A stretch of DNA of 64,000 bases from a virus (IMGVR_UViG_3300006077_000002:29818-93817), one strand, 5' to 3'; positions 1 to 11,066 are shown, counted from the stretch's first letter. Translations and numbers: made by a program. The notes: generated by a model not told the origin, from the sequence alone.

Positions 1-1
1 C

Positions 2-2620
2 AGATAAGACAAAACGATAAGAGATATTGGTACCAACTTCAGGTACCCATACTCTAACTTCTTTAATCCAACCATTCTTTGTCAACGTATATTGATGTCC
101 TGAATATACAGAAGAGACATTGTCCAGTGTTGAAAACTGAGGGTCCTCTGTAGGTATAGCGAACTCTGGTGTTCCACTAGGTTGAGGAGCAGGTCTATCA
201 GAGGTATCTTTGTTAGCTACCATAGACCATGCACCATCTAGCACAGTGTCATTCTTAAGGTATGAACCAGTTGTCCAGTAACCTTTCCATTGCATACGCT
301 CTGCATCTCCTGCCGCCATAGCTGTTGCTGTGGCTGTACTTACAGGTTTGTCTAGGTCAGCTGTGTTATCAACATTACCAAGACCAACTTGTGCTTGAGT
401 TACAGCATGTGGGTTATTTGTTGCTCCATTATGACTTGTTACAACTACCCCAATATTCCCAATATCAGTAGTGTTAGTGCCAATATTAGTTGTATTAGTT
501 GCAATATTGGTTGCATTAGTTCCTATGTTAGTTGCATTAGTTCCTATGTCTGTGGTATTAGTTGCAATATTAGTTGCATTAGTTCCTATGGCTGTGGTGT
601 TGTTACCTATGGCAGTTGTATTAGTATTAACATCTGCCTGTACATTGCCAATAGCTGTTGCTGTGGCAGTACTAACTGGCTTGTCTAGGTCAGCTGTGTT
701 ATCAACACTACTAAGACCAACATCTCCTTTGGCAAGTACTACATCTCCTGTACGTCCAGCAACGCTAGTTACAGGGTGAACAATGGCACCAACTGCAGCG
801 GCAATAGACGTATTAATTTTTGTAGAACTCCAAGTCTTATCAGAGACAGTAGAATTATCTGCGATAATACCAGTAAGTCTTGCATCAACTCTTGCATCTG
901 TATAGTATAGATTAAGAGCACCTTCATTGATATCATCAGAACCAAGGACTACTGCACCAACCTTACCATTAACTGAGTCTACAGCATTAGTAGAACCAAA
1001 GCGTTCAAATTGTGTTCCATTATGGATAACATCATCACCCTCTGAAAATACAATTGAGCCTGAGCCTAAATCTTGAGTACCTGCAGTAGTGACTTTATAG
1101 AAGTCACCATTTGACCCAGTATTGTCAGCGATTGCTGGTGTATTAGTATTAGCATCCCATCCACCTTTATAGGTCAATGAACCTGAAACAATAGCATCAA
1201 TCTTAGCTGAACTATACAGTGTAGTTGTGCTTGATACAGTATCTTTAATAGCTGCTTGTATTCGTGCATCTGCTCTAGCATCTGTAAAGTACAAGTTAAC
1301 ACTCTCAGCAATATCAGATGAGTCAAGAGTTACAACACCAGTCTCACCATTAACTGAAGTAACACCTAGTTGGTCAGGTGCAAGCCAAGTACGAGTCCCT
1401 AAGTTATCTGAGATAAGTACATAGTTAGCACCTGCAGGGTTACCAAGTGAGTTCTCTTTACCAGCCAATGCCGTAACAGTAGCAGTACTAATTGGCTTAT
1501 CCAAGTCAGCTGTGTTGTCTACGTTCTCAAGACCTAGCTGAGTCTTAGTAACACCATGAGGATTACTTACATCAGCTACATGATTTGAGATAGCTGTAGT
1601 GTTATTCTGAACAGGAGTGTCATTATACACAGTATCTGTAAATAATGCACCTGTAGGAACAGATGTTTCCACAGTAAGTCCATTAACTTTTTCTGCGTCA
1701 TCCACGACACCACTATCATTAGTATCATAAGCAGCCTTAGACATATCTCCAAAACCACTTGTAGCTAGTTCATTTTCAGTAACAAGTTTATTCGTAAGGG
1801 TTACTGCACTGGCAGTATCAGCATCTTTCAATACATCACTATCATCATATACAGTATCAGTGAATAATGCACCTGCAGGTACAGCAGTTTCTACTGTTAA
1901 GTTATTTACTTTCTCTGCGTTGTCAACAATACCACTTAGGTTAGTATCATATACAGACTTCTGCATAGCATCAGCAGCATTAGCCTGAGTAAGAATTTTA
2001 TTAGTTGGAGTTACTGGGCTTACGGTATCCGAATCTTTCAGCACAGCTGAATCATCATAAATAGTATCAGTAAATACTGCACCAGAAGGGACAGCAGTTT
2101 GAACTGTCAAACCATTAACTTTCTCTGAGTCATCAACAGTACCACTATTGTTCTGGTCGTAAACAGCCTTAGTCATATCTCCAGTTCCTGCAGTGGTAAT
2201 CTCAGCCATTGTAGCAACTTTATTAGAAGATGTAACAGGACTTTGAGTATCTGCATCTTTCAATACATCAGAGTCATCATAGACAGTATCAGTAAATACT
2301 GCACCCGCAGGGACATTGGTAAGTACCTGACTATCATCCACCTTACCATCAAAAGAATTCTGAAGGTCAACCTGTGTTGTGATATCACCTAGGATTGCTC
2401 CCCAATAAGTACCACCAATATTAGAGTCTACGAACTCCATACCTTGACCATCAATAGTTACTACAGGAACTTGTCCTGGAGTACCAAGAGTAAGCGGAGT
2501 GTCTGTAAGGTCTACAAAAGCACCAGCTTTAAGTATAGGCCCAGCTACAACTGTAGTTGCTACTGTAAGGTCTTCAACTGTTACTTTTCCATTTTGCTCT
2601 TCTATTACTATAGTGCTCAT
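2..2620 (-). CDS. Tail fibre / virion fibre protein, runs off the window start (not in ORF track)
   Basis: Open frame from ATG 2620 (overlaps the stop of the 2617-2931 gene): MSTIVIEEQNGKV... It has three ~70-aa repeats (KAVYD..VDDAEKVNGLTVETAVP.GALFTDTVYDD), three VDNTADLDKPxSTAT repeats, VTSVNGxTG motifs and TNIATNT heptads. Confidence 0.8.
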   Translation of the reverse strand, partial: MSTIVIEEQNGKVTVEDLTVATTVVAGPILKAGAFVDLTDTPLTLGTPGQVPVVTIDGQGMEFVDSNIGGTYWGAILGDITTQVDLQNSFDGKVDDSQVLTNVPAGAVFTDTVYDDSDVLKDADTQSPVTSSNKVATMAEITTAGTGDMTKAVYDQNNSGTVDDSEKVNGLTVQTAVPSGAVFTDTIYDDSAVLKDSDTVSPVTPTNKILTQANAADAMQKSVYDTNLSGIVDNAEKVNNLTVETAVPAGALFTDTVYDDSDVLKDADTASAVTLTNKLVTENELATSGFGDMSKAAYDTNDSGVVDDAEKVNGLTVETSVPTGALFTDTVYNDTPVQNNTTAISNHVADVSNPHGVTKTQLGLENVDNTADLDKPISTATVTALAGKENSLGNPAGANYVLISDNLGTRTWLAPDQLGVTSVNGETGVVTLDSSDIAESVNLYFTDARADARIQAAIKDTVSSTTTLYSSAKIDAIVSGSLTYKGGWDANTNTPAIADNTGSNGDFYKVTTAGTQDLGSGSIVFSEGDDVIHNGTQFERFGSTNAVDSVNGKVGAVVLGSDDINEGALNLYYTDARVDARLTGIIADNSTVSDKTWSSTKINTSIAAAVGAIVHPVTSVAGRTGDVVLAKGDVGLSSVDNTADLDKPVSTATATAIGNVQADVNTNTTAIGNNTTAIGTNATNIATNTTDIGTNATNIGTNATNIATNTTNIGTNTTDIGNIGVVVTSHNGATNNPHAVTQAQVGLGNVDNTADLDKPVSTATATAMAAGDAERMQWKGYWTTGSYLKNDTVLDGAWSMVANKDTSDRPAPQPSGTPEFAIPTEDPQFSTLDNVSSVYSGHQYTLTKNGWIKEVRVWVPEVGTNISYRFVLS
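455..645. repeat. 21-nt (7-aa) tandem repeat coding a coiled-coil stalk (TNATNIA/TNTTDIG)
   Basis: Visible tandem repeats such as tagttgcaatattagttgcat within the fibre gene. Confidence 0.8.
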
Positions 2621-2931
2621 ACTTTTCTCTCCACATCCACGTCACCTCTAAGGATACGTGTAGTTGTAGCTCCAAGTGTATAGTCTGCTTGGTAAGTACC
2701 ACACAGTCCATCATACACCTGAGTCTCATCAATATTAAACGTAATTGAGTTTCCATTTACAGAACCAACTACGTTAAGAATAGAGGTAAGAAACTTAATT
2801 CTTAACTCTGCGGTAGCTCCAGTAAGGTCTACTGGTAATCCATCATCATCCAATATACTAAAGACGATACGATAATCCGTTCCCTCTTGAATACATAAGT
2901 TGTATGTTGGTAAATCACATGTTGTTGCCAT
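2617..2931 (-). CDS. Small virion/tail-associated protein (BppU-N-like)
   Basis: YNLCIQEGTDY...PVDLTGATAEL...RILRGDV pattern typical of small proteins upstream of fibre genes; GGAGG RBS. Confidence 0.6.
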   Translation of the reverse strand: MATTCDLPTYNLCIQEGTDYRIVFSILDDDGLPVDLTGATAELRIKFLTSILNVVGSVNGNSITFNIDETQVYDGLCGTYQADYTLGATTTRILRGDVDVERKV

Positions 2932-2980
2932 TTTATCCTCCTAAGGATGTGCTAGGGTTGCAGCCCTAGTTAATTGTTTG

Positions 2981-5900
2981 CTATCCTACTTTCGTGATAA
3001 CCATTGCACAAGAGCCGCTATCTACATCCATTCGGTCATCATTTGTATTATACACGCTGGTCATAGTAAGTTCAACTCCAGCTGTGAAGTACTTTCTATT
3101 AGTAGCTGATGCAGGAACATATGTCCATCCAGTAGGAGTTACAGAATTATCTCTGCCAACACTCTCAACATGAACTATTCTTGTGCTCCCATCTTGTACA
3201 ATAGTAGCATCGGTAAGTCCAACAGTAGCAGAAATATGTCTAAAAATAGCTCTAAGTTCTACCTCATATATTCCATCAACTGGGATGGTATAGATAGTTC
3301 TAGCAGCATTGAAACCACCTGCTGTATCCTCTAACTGTGCAGGAGAGAATGTAATAGGTGTTGAAGTGTGGTCATATACTTTGGCATAGAATCTAATAGC
3401 TGGTGTAGCTCCGCCAGGAACTTCCGTCCATAGACCATCTTGCCTTGCATATTGTTTAGTATCAACTGGGGCTTCTAAGAAACCACCAACAGCTGTATCA
3501 GTTGCATCAGGTACTAGTAAACCATTTTGCTGATACCCAGGAATTATATCAGGAGCTCCACCCATTACTCCATACTTATAAGAATATATATTACCTTGAG
3601 CCAATGTGATTGGGGCAAAAAGTGTAAAGGTATTAGTTACCACACCATTCTTATCATAAAATGCTATACTATCTATGGTGGCTGACGAGTCTGCCTTAAA
3701 TGCAAAGATAATATCAGCAAGTATATTGGAGGCAAGGTCATTTGTAGAGTTAACATCCAGCAACCCTGGTGAAGTTCCTTCCATAACTGTTTGGTCATAA
3801 GGGACAATAGATGCTGCAGAAAAGATAGAAGCTACATCATGTAACACATCATATCCTATAGTGGTAACTTCGCTCCACGCACCATCTTGCCGTGCATACT
3901 GTTTAGTATCAACTGGGGCATCAGATAAGACATGTGCATCCACATACTCCTTAGTAGTTAATGCTTTCGTATCTACAATCTCTGCAAGTACAGAAGATTC
4001 AGCATAGACTTGACCATCATCATCCACTCTCAGAGCATTACTTCTGTTAACTTCATTGGAACCATTACCAACTTCAAATAACGCATTTGCTGAAACATTA
4101 TTATACTCACCAACAGCAAGCCCATTTTCTCTTGCTATATTAATACCAGTACCTAAGGCTGTGGAGTCAAAGGCATTTTCTCGTGCAATATACAATTGGT
4201 TTTTACTTTGGTAAAAGCTATAATATTGTAAGTCAGGAAAAAATCTAAGTTGTCTAGTTAGCCCACCAGAATATTGGTATGCCACTACATACTCACTACT
4301 CATTGGGAGTATTCCATTAATACTTATAGCCTCAGAGTATACTACCTCTGCTGCAAGTAAAGCACTATTAGTATTCACTTTAATTATTTTAAGAGTAGCG
4401 TTACTTCCATTTGCAAATGTAGTGTAGAAATACCCATCATCAGAAATGTAACCATTAGCTCTTTCCCAAGTATATTGGTCCTCTTCTGCTTTTTGAAAAT
4501 TAGTAAAATCAGTATCTGACTTAGCTATCCAAGACCTAAATATTGCATAGTTTGCACCACCATAATAAATTTGCCCATTACCATATGCTAGACATGTTAC
4601 TAAATCGAACTGAGTAGTCTCTCCTATATAGGTGAGAGAGTTATTACTTACATCATATTTCATAGATGCTAGTCCAACATTAGGCATACTTGAAACTATT
4701 ACAAACTCTGTACCCTGCATATAAGATACAAAAGTTCTAGCTGAAAGGTCCATAGTCCCTGTAAATCCTAGAGAGTTTGCAGTAGAACTTAGTATGGTGA
4801 ACAGCAGAGTTCTTGTAGTTGCAGTGATATTATACTCTGAAACTTCTATACCACCAGCACTATAATTCCCCTGAAATACATAGAATATATTAGGGTCATC
4901 TGAAGCACAAGCACTAACAGATGAAGTAGATGAGCCAGGCATACCTAACCATTGTGCAACAATGGTTTCTCCACCATCATCAGTAACAAGTATATCTAGT
5001 GTACTTGTACCAGCTGGAAATATTGACCTACCAAGAGAGTCAATACTTCCACTCTGCTTTTCTGATATAACATTGAAACCATATCCTGGGTCTTTAATCT
5101 CAGGTGGTCTAGTGGTAGAAGTGTTCTTAGAGAACACACCAATATCTGCATCAATACCTTCGGTAACTGGAAGCTCAGACCAATCAGCATCTTTACGAAC
5201 ATACTGCTTACCATCTATAGGAGCTTCCTCCATCACACTAGAATCCACGTAGTCAACTACTGGCTGTGCAACAGATGAGAACCATACATCTGGTATAGGA
5301 AATCTTAATAATCTTTTTTCTCCATTATCTGGAACATAAAGAGTGGTAGAGTTTACCACAGCACCTATTGGATAGTAATTACCTGTAGGAGAGTGTGGCA
5401 ACATAAAGTACTCAGTGTTGGTGTGCAGGTTATATAATGTGCTACTACACTCATCACTGCATGAATATCTACCAATTCCTACAATATCATTATCATTAAT
5501 ACTTACACGGAATCCAAAGTATGTGCCTCTACCATTTTTATTATATATTGTTTTGTGGAGAGAACCATCAGAGATATTGTATACATCTACCTTTCCAATG
5601 TTACTAGTAGTTCCATCCCAATAATTAGACATCCCGATAATTATGAAATTCTCATTAGAATCCATACTACTAATAGAGTTATAGTCCCTAGGTATCTCAT
5701 ATAATAGATTACCTTGAAGGTCAAAAACGTACACAATATAATTACCTATGTCAGTTATAACAATACGAGTTTCTGTAATACTAGCATGAGACCCAAAAGA
5801 AGAAGAGCTGCTTGCAGGTTTACTAAAAGAACTTCTAATAGTTCCATCCATATTGTACAAGTAAGTATCTGCACCCCTGCTAGTAACAAGAATAGTGTCA

Positions 5901-6562
5901 GAATTCATGGATAGGTCCTCTGCAAAGTAAGAGGTGATACCAGCAGGTCTTGGAACTTTTGTAAGAGTAGTAGTAGCTAGATTCCATAAATAGAATTCAA
6001 CATCATTAAATCCAGCAGCTGTAGCATATTGTCCTCCAGTAGCTACCCTTTCTCCAATGCCTGTACCAGAACCGTCGTCATAACCAGTTACTAAAGTATT
6101 AGTAGCAACATCATAAATCTTTACATCATTATAATCATCTGTACCTGTAATATAATAAAGGTCAGAAGCATCACAACTCTCAGCATACACATCAATTCTA
6201 CTAGTAACTCCTTGGACATACCCAGTAGTGTCAGGGTTTCTTGGTAAAATACTTGCTGACTCCAATGATTCTAATGATAGTTGTACATTAACATCTGTGT
6301 CAGAAAGTATGTCTCCAGAAAAACCAGCAGTGTCTGTAGAAACAGCAGCCGCAGTAACCTCTAAAGGTTCCCATTCTTTCCCTTGTCTTACATACATATC
6401 ACCATCATCAGGTGCTTCTTCTAGACCATCACCAGCGGCATTATCAACGTAACTCTTCGTAGCAATACTATCATCCCCAGTTGGGGCATAACCAACTGGT
6501 AGTTCTGGATTGTCTGAAGTGAGTGCTAGTTTTGCAATCTCAGCTATACTTTTGTTATTCAT
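2981..6562 (-). CDS. Tail fibre / receptor-binding protein with beta-propeller-like regions, four foldon-like motifs and a C1q-like C-terminus
   Basis: 1193 aa; EAPxDxxxYxRxxxxW repeats; located in tail module. Confidence 0.75.
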   Translation of the reverse strand: MNNKSIAEIAKLALTSDNPELPVGYAPTGDDSIATKSYVDNAAGDGLEEAPDDGDMYVRQGKEWEPLEVTAAAVSTDTAGFSGDILSDTDVNVQLSLESLESASILPRNPDTTGYVQGVTSRIDVYAESCDASDLYYITGTDDYNDVKIYDVATNTLVTGYDDGSGTGIGERVATGGQYATAAGFNDVEFYLWNLATTTLTKVPRPAGITSYFAEDLSMNSDTILVTSRGADTYLYNMDGTIRSSFSKPASSSSSFGSHASITETRIVITDIGNYIVYVFDLQGNLLYEIPRDYNSISSMDSNENFIIIGMSNYWDGTTSNIGKVDVYNISDGSLHKTIYNKNGRGTYFGFRVSINDNDIVGIGRYSCSDECSSTLYNLHTNTEYFMLPHSPTGNYYPIGAVVNSTTLYVPDNGEKRLLRFPIPDVWFSSVAQPVVDYVDSSVMEEAPIDGKQYVRKDADWSELPVTEGIDADIGVFSKNTSTTRPPEIKDPGYGFNVISEKQSGSIDSLGRSIFPAGTSTLDILVTDDGGETIVAQWLGMPGSSTSSVSACASDDPNIFYVFQGNYSAGGIEVSEYNITATTRTLLFTILSSTANSLGFTGTMDLSARTFVSYMQGTEFVIVSSMPNVGLASMKYDVSNNSLTYIGETTQFDLVTCLAYGNGQIYYGGANYAIFRSWIAKSDTDFTNFQKAEEDQYTWERANGYISDDGYFYTTFANGSNATLKIIKVNTNSALLAAEVVYSEAISINGILPMSSEYVVAYQYSGGLTRQLRFFPDLQYYSFYQSKNQLYIARENAFDSTALGTGINIARENGLAVGEYNNVSANALFEVGNGSNEVNRSNALRVDDDGQVYAESSVLAEIVDTKALTTKEYVDAHVLSDAPVDTKQYARQDGAWSEVTTIGYDVLHDVASIFSAASIVPYDQTVMEGTSPGLLDVNSTNDLASNILADIIFAFKADSSATIDSIAFYDKNGVVTNTFTLFAPITLAQGNIYSYKYGVMGGAPDIIPGYQQNGLLVPDATDTAVGGFLEAPVDTKQYARQDGLWTEVPGGATPAIRFYAKVYDHTSTPITFSPAQLEDTAGGFNAARTIYTIPVDGIYEVELRAIFRHISATVGLTDATIVQDGSTRIVHVESVGRDNSVTPTGWTYVPASATNRKYFTAGVELTMTSVYNTNDDRMDVDSGSCAMVITKVG

Positions 6563-6571
6563 ATCAACTCC

Positions 6572-9541
6572 TTAAAGTGTTGCTTTGTATCTATAGAATG
6601 TTCCGCCTAAGCTCACAAACATATATGTCCCATCTTCGCTAAAAGATAGAGAGTATAATGGGGAAGTTCCATATTCAGAGTGCCAACTATTTCCAGAGTA
6701 AGACATTCCATTAGTTACATCAAATGGATTCGTAAGTGAGTATTCATATACTCTATCATCATCATATCCACCGATAAAAAGTTTAGTTCCATCAAGATTA
6801 AATGCCATGTTCTCCATCCATAAATCTTGAGGTCCTACGTTGTAGCTACCTTCAGCAACCTTTCCTAACAACGTCCAAGGAGTTGGTAGGTGGAATTGAT
6901 GAATAAGAGCACTTGAAGAAAGTAGTTCTAGTACATACACCTTAGTACCATCTCTATTAAAGATAAGTCCTCCAGGCATGAAACCAGTACTGACCCAGAA
7001 GTCTTCTTGGTAGAATGCATCAGCTCCCGCAAAAGACCAAGCATCTGTAAGCTCAATAGTTAGTACTCTATCAGGGTCAGCATTAAGTCCTGTATTAGTT
7101 CCTACAAAACATTTCTTTCCATCAGCTGACATAAAGATTCCTCTAGGTCCCTGAGAGTAACTTACAATGGAAATAGAATTTCCTGAGTACGTCATCGTGG
7201 TCAAGTCCCAAGGAGTAGTTAAGTTATACTGTCTGACATAATCACCATCAGCGTCAACCAAAAACATACGGAGTCCATCAGGTCTCCATACATGTTGCAG
7301 TGGTTGGACAGCAGGTGATAAAGACCCTGTCTGTTGAGAAGGACCAGTTGCAGATAGTTCCCACCCAATAACAGGAGGAGCATAATTAGTTGCATACTCT
7401 AATAATATGGTATCTGCAGTTGCTGCAGTATATCTAAATACATCAATAGCTCCACCTCCAGAAGTAAGTGTTGGCTGCCCTCCTTGAAGTTTAAAATCAT
7501 TATCAAATGTAACTGGATTATCTGCGTATGTTTGTCTAAGAGTAATTGTTCCAGTATCTCCAAGGGTCATTCCACTGGTTGTAATGGTTGTACTTTGGTC
7601 TATTGAAAAATCAAAGTAATTACCAAGAGAGCCATCAACTACTAGAGTTGGTGAACCACCATCCGTAACTACTCCACCTCCTGAAGAGCCTCCACCATCA
7701 AGTACCCAAGCACCATTAGTGTTGGTATAATATGTAGCAGTCTTTGCAACTCCTGGAGTTAATGTAAGAACTGCAGAAGAGCTAATAGAAGTCATTGTTG
7801 CTCCCACTGCATTTAGAAAAGTTACTGCAGCTGGGTCCATATCAGAGGTAATACTAACATTAAGTACTGGAGTTGCATTCTCATCAGTAATTTCATCTAC
7901 CTCTACCGTACTACCTGGAGTAAGTGTAAGAGATACACCATTAACTTCAATAGTAGCATCAATAAATTTATCAGTATTTAAGTCAGAGATTATAAATCCA
8001 AGACCAGACATAGGTCTTCCATCAGGTTCTCCAGCAACATCATACCCAATAAATACTAAATTAAAACTAGATTCATTTGGACTAGGAGAAATTGTTCCAG
8101 ATACAGGGGCAGCAGAAAAAGTAAGAGTACCATCACTTACATAGAAAGATGCAGGTTCTCCTACTATCTGAGCGTACCCTGAAGTGGTAACTGTTTCCTC
8201 TGGTGTGGATACTCCAGAAGTTATAAGTGCAAACTTATCTCCTGCAGTTGTTCCAGTAACAGGAATTAGTGTATCACCAGAATGTGTGACAACTTGTCTA
8301 GTCCAAGCTCCATCATACTTTGCGTATCTATCTGCAATTTTACCTACAGTACCACCAACATTAGTGACCTGCCCGTCAAAGCCATCTAGGTCATCAGGAG
8401 CTGTAGCACTCCAAACAACTGCATTACCTGAAGTTCCAAAAGTATCTTCAGCATACTTCTTTGTAATTAAGGCATTGTCCTCAGTGAACGTAGGATTAGG
8501 AGCAATAATCTCTCCAGATTGTCTAACCTCAATACCATTTTTATCTGCTAATGTATTACCTATACCAAGTACAAAAGCTGTACTGGCAGGGGGAGTGACA
8601 TTAAAATTTCCCAATACTGTTTGTGTGTGGTCATTATCTATAGATGCTGTAAGATGCTCACCCACCAATAAGGTGTTACCAGTGCTTGCAGTATTATAAT
8701 TACCAACAATAATAGAAGAAAAGTTTCCAGTGGTAGTTGTATTATTACTACCAAATACTGTAGCCAAACCTAAAGGTGTACTATTTGTGCTTCCAACTAC
8801 TGTGGAATGTATACCAACATCATTACCACTTCCAACAGCTATTGATGCTGAATTAGTAGTATTATTAACTCCATACATTATTGCAGAAATATTAGCACTA
8901 CCTATATATTCATTTGAAGAACCTATGGAAACACCAGAACCATTGGACATATCATTACTGTAACCAATAGCAACTACAGAAGTACCGTTAGAGTTTCCTG
9001 CAGTATTGCTTGAACCAATAGTAATAGCTTTTGAATTATTTGCTGTGTTGGCAGAGCCTACTGCAATAGTATCAGGAGCTAAGGCTGAACTACTATATCC
9101 CATAGCAATTGAATAATCACCAGCTGCAGTAGTATTTTGCCCACTAGAAAACGAATAGTCTCCTGTTGACCCTTGAGTTCCTGCAGAAGATTGTACTGAT
9201 AAGTCAACTGCACCGTTACCTATATCACCATGATTAGCTGCTAATTCTTGAACTAGCCTCCAACCGTAGCCTACACTATCATCAGAAATATAGTCTAATC
9301 CAGAACCTGTGCTTGATGTAGGAAGGGAAACCCATGCTGCATCTTTCCTTACATACTCAGTACCATCGCTTGGTGCTTCACCAATACCTGCTGCTGGCAT
9401 AGGAATCCATGTACCATTCTGTCTTACATATGGAGTATTGTCACTGATACTATCTTTTATAAATCCAGCATTAGTGACTACAGTTTCAATTGTCGGTGCA
9501 TCCTCCCCTAGGAGGACATCTGTTAAGTTAATAGTTGCCAT
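6572..9541 (-). CDS. Tail fibre / receptor-binding protein (YadA-head-like repeats, C-terminal beta-propeller)
   Basis: 989 aa; SIAxG/AVGSxN repeats; C-terminal FxxDGTKxF repeats; two foldon-like motifs. Confidence 0.75.
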   Translation of the reverse strand: MATINLTDVLLGEDAPTIETVVTNAGFIKDSISDNTPYVRQNGTWIPMPAAGIGEAPSDGTEYVRKDAAWVSLPTSSTGSGLDYISDDSVGYGWRLVQELAANHGDIGNGAVDLSVQSSAGTQGSTGDYSFSSGQNTTAAGDYSIAMGYSSSALAPDTIAVGSANTANNSKAITIGSSNTAGNSNGTSVVAIGYSNDMSNGSGVSIGSSNEYIGSANISAIMYGVNNTTNSASIAVGSGNDVGIHSTVVGSTNSTPLGLATVFGSNNTTTTGNFSSIIVGNYNTASTGNTLLVGEHLTASIDNDHTQTVLGNFNVTPPASTAFVLGIGNTLADKNGIEVRQSGEIIAPNPTFTEDNALITKKYAEDTFGTSGNAVVWSATAPDDLDGFDGQVTNVGGTVGKIADRYAKYDGAWTRQVVTHSGDTLIPVTGTTAGDKFALITSGVSTPEETVTTSGYAQIVGEPASFYVSDGTLTFSAAPVSGTISPSPNESSFNLVFIGYDVAGEPDGRPMSGLGFIISDLNTDKFIDATIEVNGVSLTLTPGSTVEVDEITDENATPVLNVSITSDMDPAAVTFLNAVGATMTSISSSAVLTLTPGVAKTATYYTNTNGAWVLDGGGSSGGGVVTDGGSPTLVVDGSLGNYFDFSIDQSTTITTSGMTLGDTGTITLRQTYADNPVTFDNDFKLQGGQPTLTSGGGAIDVFRYTAATADTILLEYATNYAPPVIGWELSATGPSQQTGSLSPAVQPLQHVWRPDGLRMFLVDADGDYVRQYNLTTPWDLTTMTYSGNSISIVSYSQGPRGIFMSADGKKCFVGTNTGLNADPDRVLTIELTDAWSFAGADAFYQEDFWVSTGFMPGGLIFNRDGTKVYVLELLSSSALIHQFHLPTPWTLLGKVAEGSYNVGPQDLWMENMAFNLDGTKLFIGGYDDDRVYEYSLTNPFDVTNGMSYSGNSWHSEYGTSPLYSLSFSEDGTYMFVSLGGTFYRYKATL

Positions 9542-9565
9542 AAGGCTCCTTTTTAAATAATCCCA

Positions 9566-10705
9566 TTAGGGGCTTGGAGTTACCACAATGTTCCCATTGT
9601 TTGTAACAATTCTTGTAAACGCATCATTTACAACATATAGTAGCTGAGGTGCTAAAGTATTACTACGAGCTTTTCTCATCTCAAAGGTAGCAGTAACTAC
9701 GTACCTACCAAAACCAGCAGCTTTGGCAGAGTATCTTCCTATAAACTTAAATAAGTAGGTGTTGTAGTCAATGATAAACCAGTCAGCTTTAAATAGTGAC
9801 ATACCATTATTACATATATCCTCATAAAAATATCTAAACTTCATCATATCATCTCTATCCGCCATAAGAAATGTCAGAGTGACAATAGGATTAGCCCCAA
9901 ATCTTTCAACTTGGTACGGAGCTATTAGCCCAGCTTCCTTAGTTGCTGCGTCAGAAGATTTAAAAGACGCAGAAGAGTAATTAGGTGCTCCTAATTCTTC
10001 AGGATATTTTTTAGGAAGTACTTCTGCAGAACTCATATTAAAAAGAATATCTACTTCTTCTGAAGTTATAGCCCTATTAAAGATTCTAAGTGTTTGTACT
10101 TGAGCTCCACTACCACTAAAGGCATTTCGTATCTCAAATATAGGAGTAATTCCAGAGTTAGGTGAAGGATTCCAATCTCCTAACTGCCGATAGGTAGCGT
10201 CACTTCCTATATAGGCCCTATAGAATCCATCATCGGTATATGATACTGCTATTGCATAGTCACCTGCAGGATTACCAGTAGACGAGAAGCTTTGGAAAGT
10301 TCCATCTCCCCAACAACTTATGTCTATAGTCCCTACAGTATTATTAGTTACTCTAATACCATGACTTGCTTGTGAGTTAAACAATGTAGCTGCTGCAGAA
10401 TTTGTTAGACTTACTACCATAAAATAAGAAACAGCAACACTATTAGGGGTAGTAGGATATCCTAAGAATCCAGGAGTTGAAACATCTACAACAACCTTTT
10501 GTGAATCAGCTATTGAGTTATATCTTAAATCTATTGAATCTCCGTATGCTCCAGGAGCATACTTAATATCTTCTTCTGGAATAGGTACACCATACCCATC
10601 AGTTACTCCACCCATGCCAGAGAAAATATCTTTACCATTCTCAAACATAGGAATATAGAATATCTGAGAGGCATCATTAAATGGGTTATTTGTATCTCTA
10701 AGCAT
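9566..10705 (-). CDS. LamG/concanavalin-like domain fused to a distal-tail-like domain
   Basis: LRIFNRAITSEEV LamG-type ending; C-terminal part resembles the 10698-11066 protein. Confidence 0.55.
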   Translation of the reverse strand: MLRDTNNPFNDASQIFYIPMFENGKDIFSGMGGVTDGYGVPIPEEDIKYAPGAYGDSIDLRYNSIADSQKVVVDVSTPGFLGYPTTPNSVAVSYFMVVSLTNSAAATLFNSQASHGIRVTNNTVGTIDISCWGDGTFQSFSSTGNPAGDYAIAVSYTDDGFYRAYIGSDATYRQLGDWNPSPNSGITPIFEIRNAFSGSGAQVQTLRIFNRAITSEEVDILFNMSSAEVLPKKYPEELGAPNYSSASFKSSDAATKEAGLIAPYQVERFGANPIVTLTFLMADRDDMMKFRYFYEDICNNGMSLFKADWFIIDYNTYLFKFIGRYSAKAAGFGRYVVTATFEMRKARSNTLAPQLLYVVNDAFTRIVTNNGNIVVTPSP

Positions 10706-11066
10706 TTGGTGTCCTACTAATAATTTCTACATCTATGTTTACTTTATATAGTGACCCAGGAAGTGGAACTCCAGAGTACCCACTAGTAAATCTATAGGCT
10801 CCATAGATTAGCTCACCATCAAACTCCCATGAAGCATTAAATGATAATGAACCTTTAAGAAGATTTACTTCATAGAAGTTTCTAAAAATTTCATAAGAAC
10901 TAACTGATTCAAACAAAAAAGAGGCAGCATACCTAGGGGTTCCTTCAAACCCTCTACGTATTCTATTTCCTTGGTCAAACTGTATGTAAATATTTGTGTT
11001 AGGTCTAGTCATAGCCCCAGTATCTAATGAGGGGCTTGGGAGTGTTAGTGGATAATCGATAGCCAT
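10698..11066 (-). CDS. Distal tail / minor tail protein (gpM-like)
   Basis: YP.TLPSP N-terminus, FRNFYEVNLLKGSLSF motif, size and position. Confidence 0.6.
   Translation of the reverse strand: MAIDYPLTLPSPSLDTGAMTRPNTNIYIQFDQGNRIRRGFEGTPRYAASFLFESVSSYEIFRNFYEVNLLKGSLSFNASWEFDGELIYGAYRFTSGYSGVPLPGSLYKVNIDVEIISRTPNA

Noticed and set aside
389-779. Plus-strand repeat ORFs (99 and 102 aa)
   Set aside because: Antisense readings of the 21-nt repeat in the minus-strand fibre gene
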